From Yuukianura sp. NJ FZ-2021 (lineage: Eukaryota): a stretch of 64,000 nt of DNA. Position 1 is the first letter of the stretch; each line of letters begins with the position of its first letter. Where the stretch lies: assembly GCA_046563655.1 (NCBI GenBank), contig CM102287.1, positions 1,178,001-1,242,000 on the forward strand, written 5' to 3'. A model generated the notes under the pieces. It had not been told where the DNA came from. It saw only the letters and a program-made list of their open reading frames with translations, and did no database searches. The translations under genes were made by a program, and so were the position numbers. Shown here one piece after another: positions 25,267 to 36,376 of the stretch.

Positions 25267-26013
25267 ATGGGATTCTATATTACATTACCGTCGAACGGCT
25301 CACGTTATTTTTCTGACAACCGAACCAGTAACTACAGGATTAAACTTCCATCCAAAATAAAACTTGAGCCTTCCTTATACGAAGTCGGGCTTACTGAGTT
25401 GACTTATGTGTGCTCCATAAAAACCCTAACCGGAGCTGAGAAAGACAACCTCATTGAGTATAATGCGGCGAAGACTGCCGGGAAAATAGTGCTTCCTTTA
25501 CTTCATTACAGTACCGTGGAGCATTTAGTTCACATAATCAACGCATCTTTTATAAAGCACAGCGTCCCTTCCAACTTGAAGTACTATGAAACAAAGTGTC
25601 GTGTTATCCTGGAAGTAGAAGCTGGATTTAGTATCGAAATAAGTGAGAAACTCTCCTACATTTTGGGATTTAATGGTACGCTTGAATTCAATTCAAATCA
25701 GCAAAATACTTACTTGATAGCCGATTCTCCACCGGATATACTCGGTGGGCGATATCACATGTTTCTATACTGTGACATAATAGAGTCTCAAATCGTTGGA
25801 TCCTCTCTTGTGCCTCTGCTTCGTATGGTAAACATAATTGGAAACGAAGGACAAGCAGTCACTCAAACTTTTGCTCATCCGTTTTATCTGCCGATTTCAA
25901 GGAGCGAGTTTGACATCATCTCTATTGTACTGTGTGACGAATTTGGGGAGGAATTACAAATTGACAAAGGTCAAGTGACTTTAACTCTACATTTTAAGAA
26001 GATATCAACCTAA
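25267..26013 (+). CDS. Polinton minor capsid protein (PX/penton-like)
   Basis: Intact 248-aa ORF. The N-terminal FYITLPSN...N...LP..I.L...YEVGL.E and C-terminal FLYCDIIESQIVG...PLLR...TLHF patterns are typical of this Maverick gene. Confidence 0.75.
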   Translation: MGFYITLPSNGSRYFSDNRTSNYRIKLPSKIKLEPSLYEVGLTELTYVCSIKTLTGAEKDNLIEYNAAKTAGKIVLPLLHYSTVEHLVHIINASFIKHSVPSNLKYYETKCRVILEVEAGFSIEISEKLSYILGFNGTLEFNSNQQNTYLIADSPPDILGGRYHMFLYCDIIESQIVGSSLVPLLRMVNIIGNEGQAVTQTFAHPFYLPISRSEFDIISIVLCDEFGEELQIDKGQVTLTLHFKKIST

Positions 26014-26740
26014 TGGAGAACCATACGTACGATTTCGATCAAATTCAACTCAAACATCCATTCACATTTATTGTTGCAGGCGGTACGATGTCTGGAAAAA
26101 CAACATTTGTTTGCAAGATTATTCAAAACCTCGACATGATGGTGTCACCTAGAATCGATGACGTAATTGTATTCTATAAGGTATATCAAAGCGGCTATGA
26201 CGTCATGAAGTCAATGGACCATAGAGTTAGATGCATGGAGGGATTAAAATTGGACGAAGTCTACGCTAATAATACATTGCTAGTCATCGATGACCAAATG
26301 GCAGATTCATTAAAAGACAAATCTGTCCAAGAACTCTTCACTTGCGGTGTTCATCATAGGTAAGGCAAAAATCACTTTGCAAATGCACTACCTCGATAAA
26401 TTTGCATAGAATTGACAAAACGTTTTTGAATTCCAGGTCAATATCCGTCATCTTCCTTTCTCAAAATTTGCTGCCGCAAGGAAAATATGCCAGGGATATT
26501 CGTCTCAACACACATTACATGACGATTTGCAAGACCCCCTCATTTCCATCACAAGTGATGTACCTCAGTAGACAACTCAATCCAAGGAAGCCGAGTGCAA
26601 TTTTAAACGCTTACGAGGAGGCAACTCGCCAGCCGTATTCATACTTGTTCTTAAATTTACACCCTAGTTGCCACGATAATTTACGAATACAGTCAGGAAT
26701 TCTTCCAAAGGAAGAACATATTATTTACTTACCAAGTTAA
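26013..26740 (+). CDS. FtsK/HerA-type (A32-like) packaging ATPase with one intron (26360-26436)
   Basis: Walker A GGTMSGKT and Walker B LLVIDD. Removing the 77-bp GTAAG...TTCCAG intron restores HHR-SISVIFLSQNL in frame. Confidence 0.93.
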
Positions 26741-26754
26741 GTGTTTCTTTTACA

Positions 26755-27101
26755 ATGACAAACCGTTTAGTTAGAAACAAAACGTTCCTCGAAGAAGTTA
26801 AAAAGTGTAAAGCTCCGCGCCGAAAAAGTTAATAAAAAAGGCTTCAAAAGACAACATTGAAGCATTGTCCGAAATTGCTCTAAACACGTTAATTGGTAAT
26901 GTGCCATTAACTAAACAACACAAACATAAACTCAAACGGCACAGGAGTTGTATCAGGAATCTTGCAAAGAAGTTCTCTATTAAAAAGAAGAAGGAATTCT
27001 TAATACAAAAAGGTGGGTTTCTTCCACTGTTGGTGACACCAGCTCTGTCGATACTTGGCGGTCTTGCAGCAAACGCATTAACTCACCTTGTGGGTTTATA
27101 A
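26755..27101 (+). CDS. Small basic Polinton protein (putative core/virion protein); 1-nt frameshift in an A-run at ~26823-26827
   Basis: The ATG at 26755 (MTNRLVRNKTFLEEVKKC) joins LIKKASKDNIEALSEIALNTLIGNVPL...QKGGFLPLL. The protein is Lys-rich with a hydrophobic C-terminus. Confidence 0.7.
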
Positions 27102-27953
27102 TGTCCAAAAAAATGAAACTGATACCGCATCTGGAGTACGAAAAACTTATTGCCATTCAACGAAGCTCCTCAGCTTTTACATAAATCTGCATCAGTTCAA
27201 CTATTCCAAAGGAAGCAAGCAGCAGCAACAAACATTCTAAAATGGAATTCTATTTCCGATGACATCAAATTAGCCTTATTCAATAGTATGGTAAAGGGAC
27301 TGCACGCAAACTTTTCGGCTCTAATACACACTCCACTTCAAGTTGAAGTTTCTAAACCGGGAAAGCTTGTTCCATCACCCAAAAGTACAAAGACCAACCA
27401 CGAAGAGAATATAAAACGCGATGCAGGAACGACCGTAGACCAGGCTTTGTACAACACTCACCTAGCTAAGTTCCTTCCAAAAAAGTACCAGCTACCTGGC
27501 ATGAAAATAATGCACGTTCTTTCTACGTCTGCATTTAATGACATTTCCTGGGATGAGTCCGGCCAAGTTTCGTATAAGGGTGTACCAAGGAATGGTGCAA
27601 ATATTATTGAACTCTTGGCATACGTCCTAAAGCCTCCGGCGAAGGTCATTCCACCAAAGGGAATTCGTACATTTATTTACATTTTAAAGAAAGTGCATTT
27701 ACAAAAGGAGTTGCTTGGAATTCATATTCGGAACAAGTTAAATCTGAGTACGGTAGCACTACTTGCCCAAAATACTCCAGCCACTAACGAATCGCTAGAA
27801 GAGGGCGAGGAAGAGGAGGAGGAACACGACGACGAAGAGGAGGAGGGAGACGGAATGGACGATTACGAAGCGGATGCTCCCACTAGTGGTAATACATCTG
27901 ATGAGCAATATCAAACGCCAGTTGCCACAGCCTCTGCCTGGAGCATCTTCTAA
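27101..27953 (+). CDS. Polinton protein of unknown function with acidic tail; probable frameshift near 27140-27150
   Basis: The ATG at 27101 overlaps the upstream stop (TAATG) and gives MSKKMKLIP. The main 267-aa ORF is in another frame and contains ISWDESGQVSYKG...NIIELL. Confidence 0.65.
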
Positions 27954-27984
27954 TTAGTCAGTTATTGGAGTTAATAGTACAAAC

Positions 27985-28669
27985 ATGTCAGAACTAGTTG
28001 CAAAAGTAGACGTAATCAACATGCCTCTAGTAGTATTAACGAACAACGGTCCGGATTTCGAACAGTACTCAACCACTGAAAGTAGGCTAGCCAGCTTCGA
28101 TTCCTCTACTAAGGATTGCTTCCTCCTGCTGCAACACTAGCAAACGCAGGATTCTTCTTCACAGAGTTTGAGGATGCTGTAATTTGTTTTTACTGTGGGC
28201 TGTGTCTGAGTTCTTGGAGTCAACACGATTCACCATGGTTGGAACACCGAATTCATTCTCCAAACTGTGCATATCTCATTCTAAAGCACCCAGTCACAAA
28301 CGTAAGCTACAAAATGTTTGGAAGCAAAATTATGACAGTAAATATATATTTATGATAAATTTTGAAAAATGTAGGTTTCGTCAACAACGGATCTTTGTGA
28401 GATGGATTCCGGAAAGTGTATAGAGACAGGTAAAGGAATCATTAAAGTGCAAGTTTGAACTTATGTGTGAACTCATAATTATTTTTTCTTATATAGAATT
28501 GAACAATTTGAAGTCTATTATCAGGTGCAAGATTTGCATGATTCGCCAAGTCTCCTATATGTACGCTCCTTGCTGTCATTTGGCAACATGTTTGGAATGC
28601 TGTACCACCCAATCAATATGCCCCATATGTCGTTCCGAAATAACGCTGATAATTAAGGTCTTCGTTTAA
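27985..28669 (+). CDS. Inhibitor of apoptosis (BIR + RING) with two introns (28302-28374, 28430-28496) and a 1-nt frameshift at ~28112
   Basis: BIR motif RLASF...LANAGFFF...DAVICFYC...W...DSPWLEH...SPNC. C3HC4 RING CKIC...PCCHLATCLEC...CPICR. The GT-AG introns splice in frame, and AATAAA lies at 28688. Confidence 0.88.
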
Positions 28670-28702
28670 AATACGTCACATATAAGTAATAAAGCATTAG
28701 AC

Positions 28703-31700
28703 TTAGTTTTTATTAATCCTGTAATGCCCGTACGGTAAGGTTGTAATGCCGTCGTTTAAAATGTAGCGTTTGGAATCAAATGCATGTAGTGCAGCTTTAG
28801 TTGTTCTGATATTGTAAATTTTATGCTTGTACGACCGCATTGATTTCAGAGTGCACGCTAGAATTTTTTGGTCTAATAAAACTTTCTCCAGCATTTCAAA
28901 TGATATTGACTTTTGCTGAACTCTTTGCGGGATTCCCTTCATGGCAGTTTTTTTGAAAGAAGCCGCATGGTAATCTTCACCTACAAAGCAGTAGGACTTG
29001 GGGGCGAGTCCCACAAACTTGGTTAGTATTCGTCCCTTCACGTCGTCTTTCATTTTTCCAGTGACTCCAGCATTCGCCATTGAATAAAGCGGGTGTGATT
29101 TTGGCAAGTTGCTGGTGTCAAATAGTTCTAAGTCTTCTTCGAGGTCTTTGTATAGGTCTGTGGTGCAAATTGAGTATGCCAAGCTGTCAGTATCAGTCAT
29201 GAGCAGCGTCGCATTTTGGCCCCATTTGGTCTTGACGTAGTCATAGTGGAAACGTGCCATATGTAATTTGCTTAACTCTAAAACGCAGAATCCTGTGTAA
29301 ATTGCTTTGTTAAGGGTGACGCATGACTTCTGCATTCTAAAGCAGGCCAGATTGTCACCCAAAATATCATGCGACAAAAATTGGAATTTTGACAACAATC
29401 TGGAAGCGGTTTGACGGTTGTTCACTACTCTGATGTTCATGCGCTTCCTGACAGATTCCATTCCTTTTCCAAATACAGCATTGACACATAACTTGTAGAA
29501 CATCCTATCAAATTCATTTTTGGCATTGCGCCTTTGGGAGCTGTTGAACTCAACGTATGTTTTAAGCCATGGTTTTTGCCGGAATGCCAAAATTCTGTGA
29601 ATCTTCTGAATCAAAAGTCCACGATTCACGTAGAATTGTAAGTTTGCCACATGACAGATGTAATTCTTTCGGTGCTGGAAATGGCACACAAGCTTTTCTT
29701 GCAATTCCATGTAATTGATTGGAAGACAGTCAAGCAACTTTCTTTGGAAGCTGCTAAAATTCTCTGAAGACACAGTTGTCTTTTCACAAGCCAGTGGATA
29801 GCATTGGTGTGAGTCGTGAAGTTCTTCTGTATAGTTCAAAAGGTTAAGAAAATCATGAAAAATTAACAAAAGTAGACAGTAATAGTTCATGAAAGTACAA
29901 TACCAGGATAATGAAGATCTGCTTCTATAATGTACCCAATGTCGTCGTCCAAGTGAAAGTCATCAATATTGAATTCTGCCACCAATGCTAAAATTAAAGC
30001 AGATGAGTATATTAAAATGTAAAGTTACTCAACATTTCACTTGCTTAACGCTACCTTGATTTAAAAAATAAAATTGTCAACTGGAAGCCTGCTCTCCATT
30101 GCCTTTCCGTACAGGTTAACCATGTCCCACAAAGCAATATACATCTGGTTTGCATCTCCAGGCTTTCCACTATAGTCCTTCATGTATTTGTTGTGTGCCT
30201 CTGCATAACGATGTGAGATTTGGGAAATTCCTCCTGAACAATGGTTTAGGAGTTAGTCAGTGTTAAATTAAACATTATTAGAGGAAATACTCAAATACCT
30301 CTCATTCCTTTCTCCAGAAAAATATACATCTCAATGTCAGTTATGAGTTCCAGCTTTACGTTTGACATTTTTAAAGCAGCATCCCACGCCAGCCCAGGTA
30401 GCGAAAAGTAGTGAGCCGGGTCAAGTCCAAAATTCTTCAATGCCATTTTTCGAAACTCTTCAAACACGCAAGCGAGTAACAACGCATCGGTTAGTAGGTA
30501 AAGATCATGGTATTCCCCTAAGGATTTAAGACCGAACGTCTTGAAAATATGCAGAGCGTATTCATAGTCCGCATCGGTAATGTGGCAACTAGTAAGTGTG
30601 TTGTAGAACTTTGGCTTCGCAGGTAAATTTTCTTCATCAAAACGTTGCCAAGAGTCGATGTAGTCGTAAGGGTATACACCTTTTCTTGTAAGCAGTTCAT
30701 ATTTGTTTCCAAACACCTGCTTCATGATTGCAAATTTATCTTCTCCTTGCTCCTTCAAATTGCTGACGAGTTCACTTAATGAGGAATTGAGAAATTGAAG
30801 GCTATCTATAAACCGCAAGGAGTCAACTGCCACCGACATGTATTTCTCCGTGTTAGTTGGAATTACGGATATTTTCCTAGCACTTATGTCATTCAGTCCT
30901 TTGATGATCAAGTGATGATCATATCCTTGAAAGTTGTGGATCTGCGTGAATATAAAAAATTTTGAATTTTAATTTAATTGAAACAATTAATGAAAACCTT
31001 TAATGAAACAATTACAACGCATATTGCAAACGTATGTTGTTCTAACCACAACAGGTAAAATTTCCTCTTGTTGGAATTGTAAATTACATCTCTTGTGAGC
31101 GGCCCCTCGAAATGTACCTAATAGTAATTCGTTTAATTTTTCAATAAGATAACAACCTTTACCTTTGAATTTATCAGCGTTTTTATTTTGTTACCCGTCA
31201 AATGACAATGATCTCTGCACTTGTCTCCATAAAATTCAAATGCTCCACCACAAATGTGACAACTCTCAGCATTCTGAAATATCTCCTCCTCTCCATGTTT
31301 CATTTTAATGGGTACTTTCAGTTTGTATATCTCCATGACACTGCTCGCAATTTTTAAACAATCTTCAAGAAAAATCTTGATGCTGTCCTTTCCTCTGTAA
31401 ACACGGTAGGAGATCAACTCGCCGGTATTTTTGATTAAAGCATATGGGAATCCGGAGGGGATATGACGTTTCTCTTTAGTGATGGACGACTCATTTGAAG
31501 AATCTTGAATGGGTTTCAATATTGATTCCAAATCAGCGTACATAACATAGCCTGCTTCCATTTTGTTTGAATAGTTTTCGAAACACATCACTGGTGGACT
31601 ACCATTTTCGACTTTCGGCATCTTCACCTTTTGAAAAACAAACTTTTCACACTCAGCTTTATGCCTGAGAAGTAAGCACATCTTCTCGCATTTGCTTTCA

Positions 31701-32894
31701 CGACAGGTTTTTGAACACTGCTTAATTCTTTGTAAACAATTGTAAGTAACGTCGTTTGCAGTTTTGTTTTCCCAACAATCTGTTCATGTTCCGAATTCCA
31801 ATGAAATGCCAATTGTTTCCAGTTTTGTCACGCACAAGCATTAAATTTGCTGTTTGAGAAGTTCTGTAGTTTTTCTCAGAAATTCGTACCGGCAAAATTC
31901 CATCAAAGCGAGAATATTCAAAAACATTCACTGCAACGTCGTTTTTTTCTTCGAATTTGCATATTTGTTTCAATGAAACCGGATATTCAATGCAGTCAAA
32001 GTCATGTAGATGAGCGTACTGCTGATAAGTTGAGGCACGCGAAGTCTCCTTATCAGGACGGTACAAGGAACTGAGCACAGCCCACTTAAAACAGCGATTT
32101 CCTCTCGTCATAATATTTACAGTCGCCTTTTTGGATTCCAAACATTTTGGAAGTCGCTTCCACTGACCTCCAGTGAATGGCTTGAATTTCCCAACTCTGA
32201 TGTCTGATCCGCGGATTTTTGACAACTGCCACCCCGAACCATAAACTTCAAAGATGTTAATTGACTGGTCAATTTTTGATACACACATTTTCATAAACCG
32301 CACAAGACTTTGCTTGGGGTTCAACACGTTAAGCATGTTCGAGTTTATCATTTTCTCTTGGTATTCAAAAATTTCGTTTCCATCTTTCGATTGACATAAA
32401 TAGCGTTTAAACTGTACCTTCACAGAAAGTTGGCACTTGATAGTTTTCAACTGGACCAGACATTCTTTGATAATGTTTTCGATTTGATTTCCAAATTTCA
32501 GAAAATACAAATTGAGGCAGGGGACCGACTTTTTCATCAGATGACGGTATGTCCGGACGTACCCTTGAAATGCCTGAATTTTTTTGAAAGGAAGTATTCC
32601 AGTTTCACTGTTCTTAGAAATTGACCTCCCAATTTGGATCTTTCGACTTATAGCCTTTGCAATTTGAGAATGCAGAACTCTTGAATGCACAACTGCAGAA
32701 TGGTTTTCTAGACGTAAATGTGAGTTAAATGTTTTTCGACAAAGAACGCACCGATAATTTGGAATTTCACGTACACTTTTGTTTCTTGCACACTTCCTCC
32801 GGCACTTAGAAACGTGTTTAAGGTAAGCAAGCTTTCGAAGTTTCTGTTTGCCACAAACACCACAAACAGAAGAGCTTGGTTGGATGTGATCCAT
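28703..32894 (-). CDS. Protein-primed family B DNA polymerase with N-terminal zinc-finger-like motifs, five introns and two frameshifts (~31745, ~30070)
   Basis: Motifs YADLES, DHCHLTG-TFRGAAH, IHNFQGYD, RFIDSLQF, WDMVNLYG, KLCVNAVFGK and MTDTDS. GT-AG introns lie at 31118-31194, 30942-31046, 30234-30298, 29988-30054 and 29827-29903. Confidence 0.93.
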
Positions 32895-33581
32895 GTCTTA
32901 AAACAAGTTTTGAATTAATCAGCAGATGAATTTAGATAAGTACTCCATCTTTCAAATTACATGTGTTTCAAGTTCTAGAGTCTTTCAACAATTGTCCAAA
33001 AGGTGGCGCTGATAGTCACTTTGTAGCAATATTGCAGAGCAAAATTTTGAAGTGTATTTTAGAATGAACAAGTTTGAGATGCCAAATACAAGGCTTCAAA
33101 AAGTAGATGAATAAAGGAAAAAACGCTGCGTTTAAGCCTTCCCAGAATGAAATTTTTCCTTAAACTAGGGTACTTAAGTCCAACTGTATTCCCTTAAGTA
33201 CCTAAATGAATTTGGCCAGTTTCTGTTTGACTTCTATGAACTCGTTTGATCCTGAGATTGAAAGCGAACATTAAGTATTATCGATGTGTCAGGTAAAACA
33301 AAGTCCAAAATCACTCAATTTTTGTTAAATTGCAGTTTTCAAAACTAAAAATTTGCTGAATCCTCAATTCTCACGAATTGAAGGACAATGGGAGATTCCG
33401 TGTCATATTGTTGCTAAGGCATAAACGTTAGATACTTTAATTTGTCATGATGAAGGCTTGCCGCTCCCTAAGTTTCAGTCATCGTTCCAACTCAGTTACA
33501 GAAACAACTCCTAAGCAGCGAACGAGTTGCATCAATCACCACCATCGTTCCATTTTGCAAAGTTATCTGTGTCAACTAACT

Positions 33582-35093
33582 ATGATCCAAAGGTTGAAAA
33601 GGGGTAAGCCCTCATTTTACAATTGTTTCATTGTTTCAATTGTTGCAATAGCTATTTTGTAAATATTCAAATGTGCTGTTCATTTTGAAAAACTTACATT
33701 TAATTTACTTTTTTGATTAATTTGTTCTTAGCGAACACCGTGGACCTAGAGGAAGAAGTTCCATCCAGAACCGAAAAAATGGTAGCCGAAATGAGTCCAA
33801 ATTCGAATGACCTAAGGAATGCAGAGTTAGCCACTTCAAGGGTTAACCCCTTAGCTCGTTCTCAGCAGTATCAGGAGTCCGTAAAGGAAGCTATGCGAAA
33901 GAAAGCATCAGTGGAGCGTGAGGTAAGATTTACAACTCTTATTTAAAAAGTTGCGCAAAATTCCATAATTAACTTTTGATTTATTATTTAAGGAATCTGA
34001 TCCGGAATTTTTGCTGGACGATGATAAACTCAACAATGATGAAGATGACGATGAAGAAGAAGAAGAAGAAGAAGAAGAAGATAGCTTTGAAGAGGATGAT
34101 AGTGAAGAGAGCGAAAAGGGTATGGACGAGGAAGAAGTCAAACTCATCGCCATCGAAAAAAAGATTGCGCCAAAGAAGCCAACATTTGTCAAGGTAAGAA
34201 CAAAATAAAGACGAGGTTGTATAAAATAACTATCTTTGTTTTGTCCTTATTAGAATTTGACTCAAGAGCTTGCTGCCGCTGCGCCAAAGACACAGATGAT
34301 CGTCAAGGTTGCACAACCAAACAAACGGCGCAACCAAATTGCTGCTAAATCATCTACAAAGCAGCGACTTGGAAAGGTATAAAGATCATGTTTCGAATTG
34401 AAGTTATATTTACAAGCAACTATCGTATAATTTAAAATATGTTATTTAAAACTTTACAGGTTACATATGGAATTGAATCAGCAACTAAACCGGACGAAAA
34501 TACAACAACCGTTTCCAAGGCAATCTATCTCCGACCACAAGGACGAACCGCCAAAAAAGCAGCAAAACGCCCGATTGGGATGCGTTCGAAACCGGCGGCA
34601 AGTCACATTTAAACGGAATGACGGTTCAAAGTAAATTGATTGATTCTTAACTTTTAGAAGGCTCCAACCCATTCGGTAGCAGAAACCGAGGATTCAGAGG
34701 GTTCGATGACATACGAGCCAGCCAAGAAGAAGAAGAAAGATTCCTCCAAAGTAAGAACAAAATTACCTACTACTGGAAATTTTTTCAACTACTTAAGGAC
34801 TGCAACTTAACAATTATTATTATAATTATTTTTCACAGGAGCTGGTACTGGATTTCGCTCCGTCGGATCATGGTGGTGGCGCAGACAAGGACGTCAGGGA
34901 AGGCGACGTCCATATCGGCCAGGGAATACATGTGAAATGGCACAAGTTCAAAGGGAAGTACTATATTATGGTACGTCACTTTGCCAACGGGACTGCCGAC
35001 GGAAGACGTGGCATCAACATCGATATGCAGTATCTGCCCAATTTGAAAAAAGCTGTGGACATGGCTTACAAATGTTACGTTGACAGCTCTTAA
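33582..35093 (+). CDS. Multi-exon acidic/basic protein with C-terminal PC4 (Sub1)-like ssDNA-binding domain; 5' end uncertain
   Basis: Introns at 33604-33731, 33923-33992, 34194-34253, 34377-34459, 34598-34657 (GC-AG) and 34751-34838 give one open frame. The last exon reads VHIGQGIHVKWHKFKGKYYIMVRHF...RRGINIDMQYLPNL. The protein has a poly-D/E tract and an NLS-like PAKKKKK, and AATAAA lies at 35131. Confidence 0.72.
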
Positions 35094-35099
35094 AACGTT

Positions 35100-36086
35100 A
35101 AGCTTTTTCAAGGCTCCATCTGACACTTTGAATAAATTCAATCTTTAAAGTGCTTAATATATTTAGAAACATACAATGGTTGTGTTTATTTTGGGCATTT
35201 TTTCTTCAATTGGTTGGTTTCTGAATTAATTCTAAATCTTTCCTGGCTGTTCTTCTTGTCCCGTTTAAAGTCTCTTTCAAACCTGCGCTTCAAACGTATT
35301 AGTCCCCTCGTCTTTTCCGGCTTCCTCTGTGAATTGAAAAAATAATAAAAGGAAAATTTGTAATTACGGATCTTCTCAGAACAAAATAAAATCTCACAAT
35401 TTCAATCTGTTGTAAAACCCATTTCTGCATATGATGAGGAGTCCCCGTTTGCCGGAACATATTTGTTTTTTTCTAATAAATAATATATAAATAAATTTTA
35501 GAACCATAACAGCTAATAATAACGTAACATAAGACTGTTGTAGACATTTTCTAGAAAGCCATGCACCTTTCCACATTTCGATTTCCAAATGTTTGGTGCG
35601 CATGCGCAAATTTGAAAGTGGAGACGTACTTTTTAGACAAGAGACAAAACTTCGTTCATTTTTGTACTTGAACATATTTAATGCTTTGTGCGCAAGCGCA
35701 AATTTTGTTCAAATACGCATGAAAGCATGTCCCTACAAATAAACGTACAGGTTTTTTTGCAAAACCCCGCGCACGTTTCTACTTCTATTTTTGATGTACA
35801 TGACAAATCCGGTTTGACCAAAAACAAGACTGAATGTAAGAGACATGAAGCGTATTACCTTGGTACCTCCATTTTGTTTTTTCTCTGCACCACGACCTTT
35901 GGGTTGGTTTTGTTTGTTCACACAAAACTAAAATAAATCCAATAGAATACAAATAAATTAGATGAGAACTAAAATCAATAAAAGATTTTCAATTAATTTT
36001 TTATTAAATCTTACGTGTTGTACACCTGCTGCTTCTCTGGCTTTCCTATCAGCTTTGATTTGTCGAGGTGATTTCCCTTTTGACAT
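35100..36086 (-). CDS. Possible small spliced basic protein near the right end of the Polinton
   Basis: MSKGKSPRQIKADRKAREAAGVQH|gtaag splices in frame to FCVNKQNQPKGRGAEKKQNGGTK|gtaat. A further Lys/Arg-rich exon-like segment follows an acceptor near 35328. The middle exons are unresolved. Confidence 0.35.
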
Positions 36087-36238
36087 TTTGTAAGATTGAA
36101 TGTTGCGAATTCTGAACTCTAAAACTAATTCCCTAAACTCTAATTCTAAACTAAACAAAGACACAGACTGCTATATGTGCACTTATAGACAAAGTGCATT
36201 TTTTTTCCCTCAGCCAGAAGGAACAAAGTAGTACAATG

Positions 36239-36376
36239 TCTTTTCGTCATCACATCAGAAACGGCTGAATGACATGAAGATCTATTACATTCTCTGCCGA
36301 AAAGACATCGTGTCAATTCGACACACAATACCTGGGGTGACTTAAGCGGGGTAGAAGTGGCTTAGCTCACTCATCA
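36239..36376 (-). repeat. Right terminal inverted repeat of the Polinton
   Basis: Ends ...CTTAGCTCACTCATCA, the reverse complement of the left end. Confidence 0.93.

Larger units (their letters stand above)
21212..36376. mobile_element. Full-length Polinton/Maverick (adintovirus-like) element, 15,165 bp
   Basis: 6-bp TSD GGCATT (21206-21211 and 36377-36382), with the satellite resuming in register. It has TIRs and carries pPolB, rve integrase, packaging ATPase, cysteine protease and capsid genes. Confidence 0.97.

Noticed and set aside
33908..35141. Minus-strand poly-Ser and 102-aa ORFs
   Set aside because: They are antisense to the spliced acidic/PC4-like gene, which has consistent splice signals on the plus strand.
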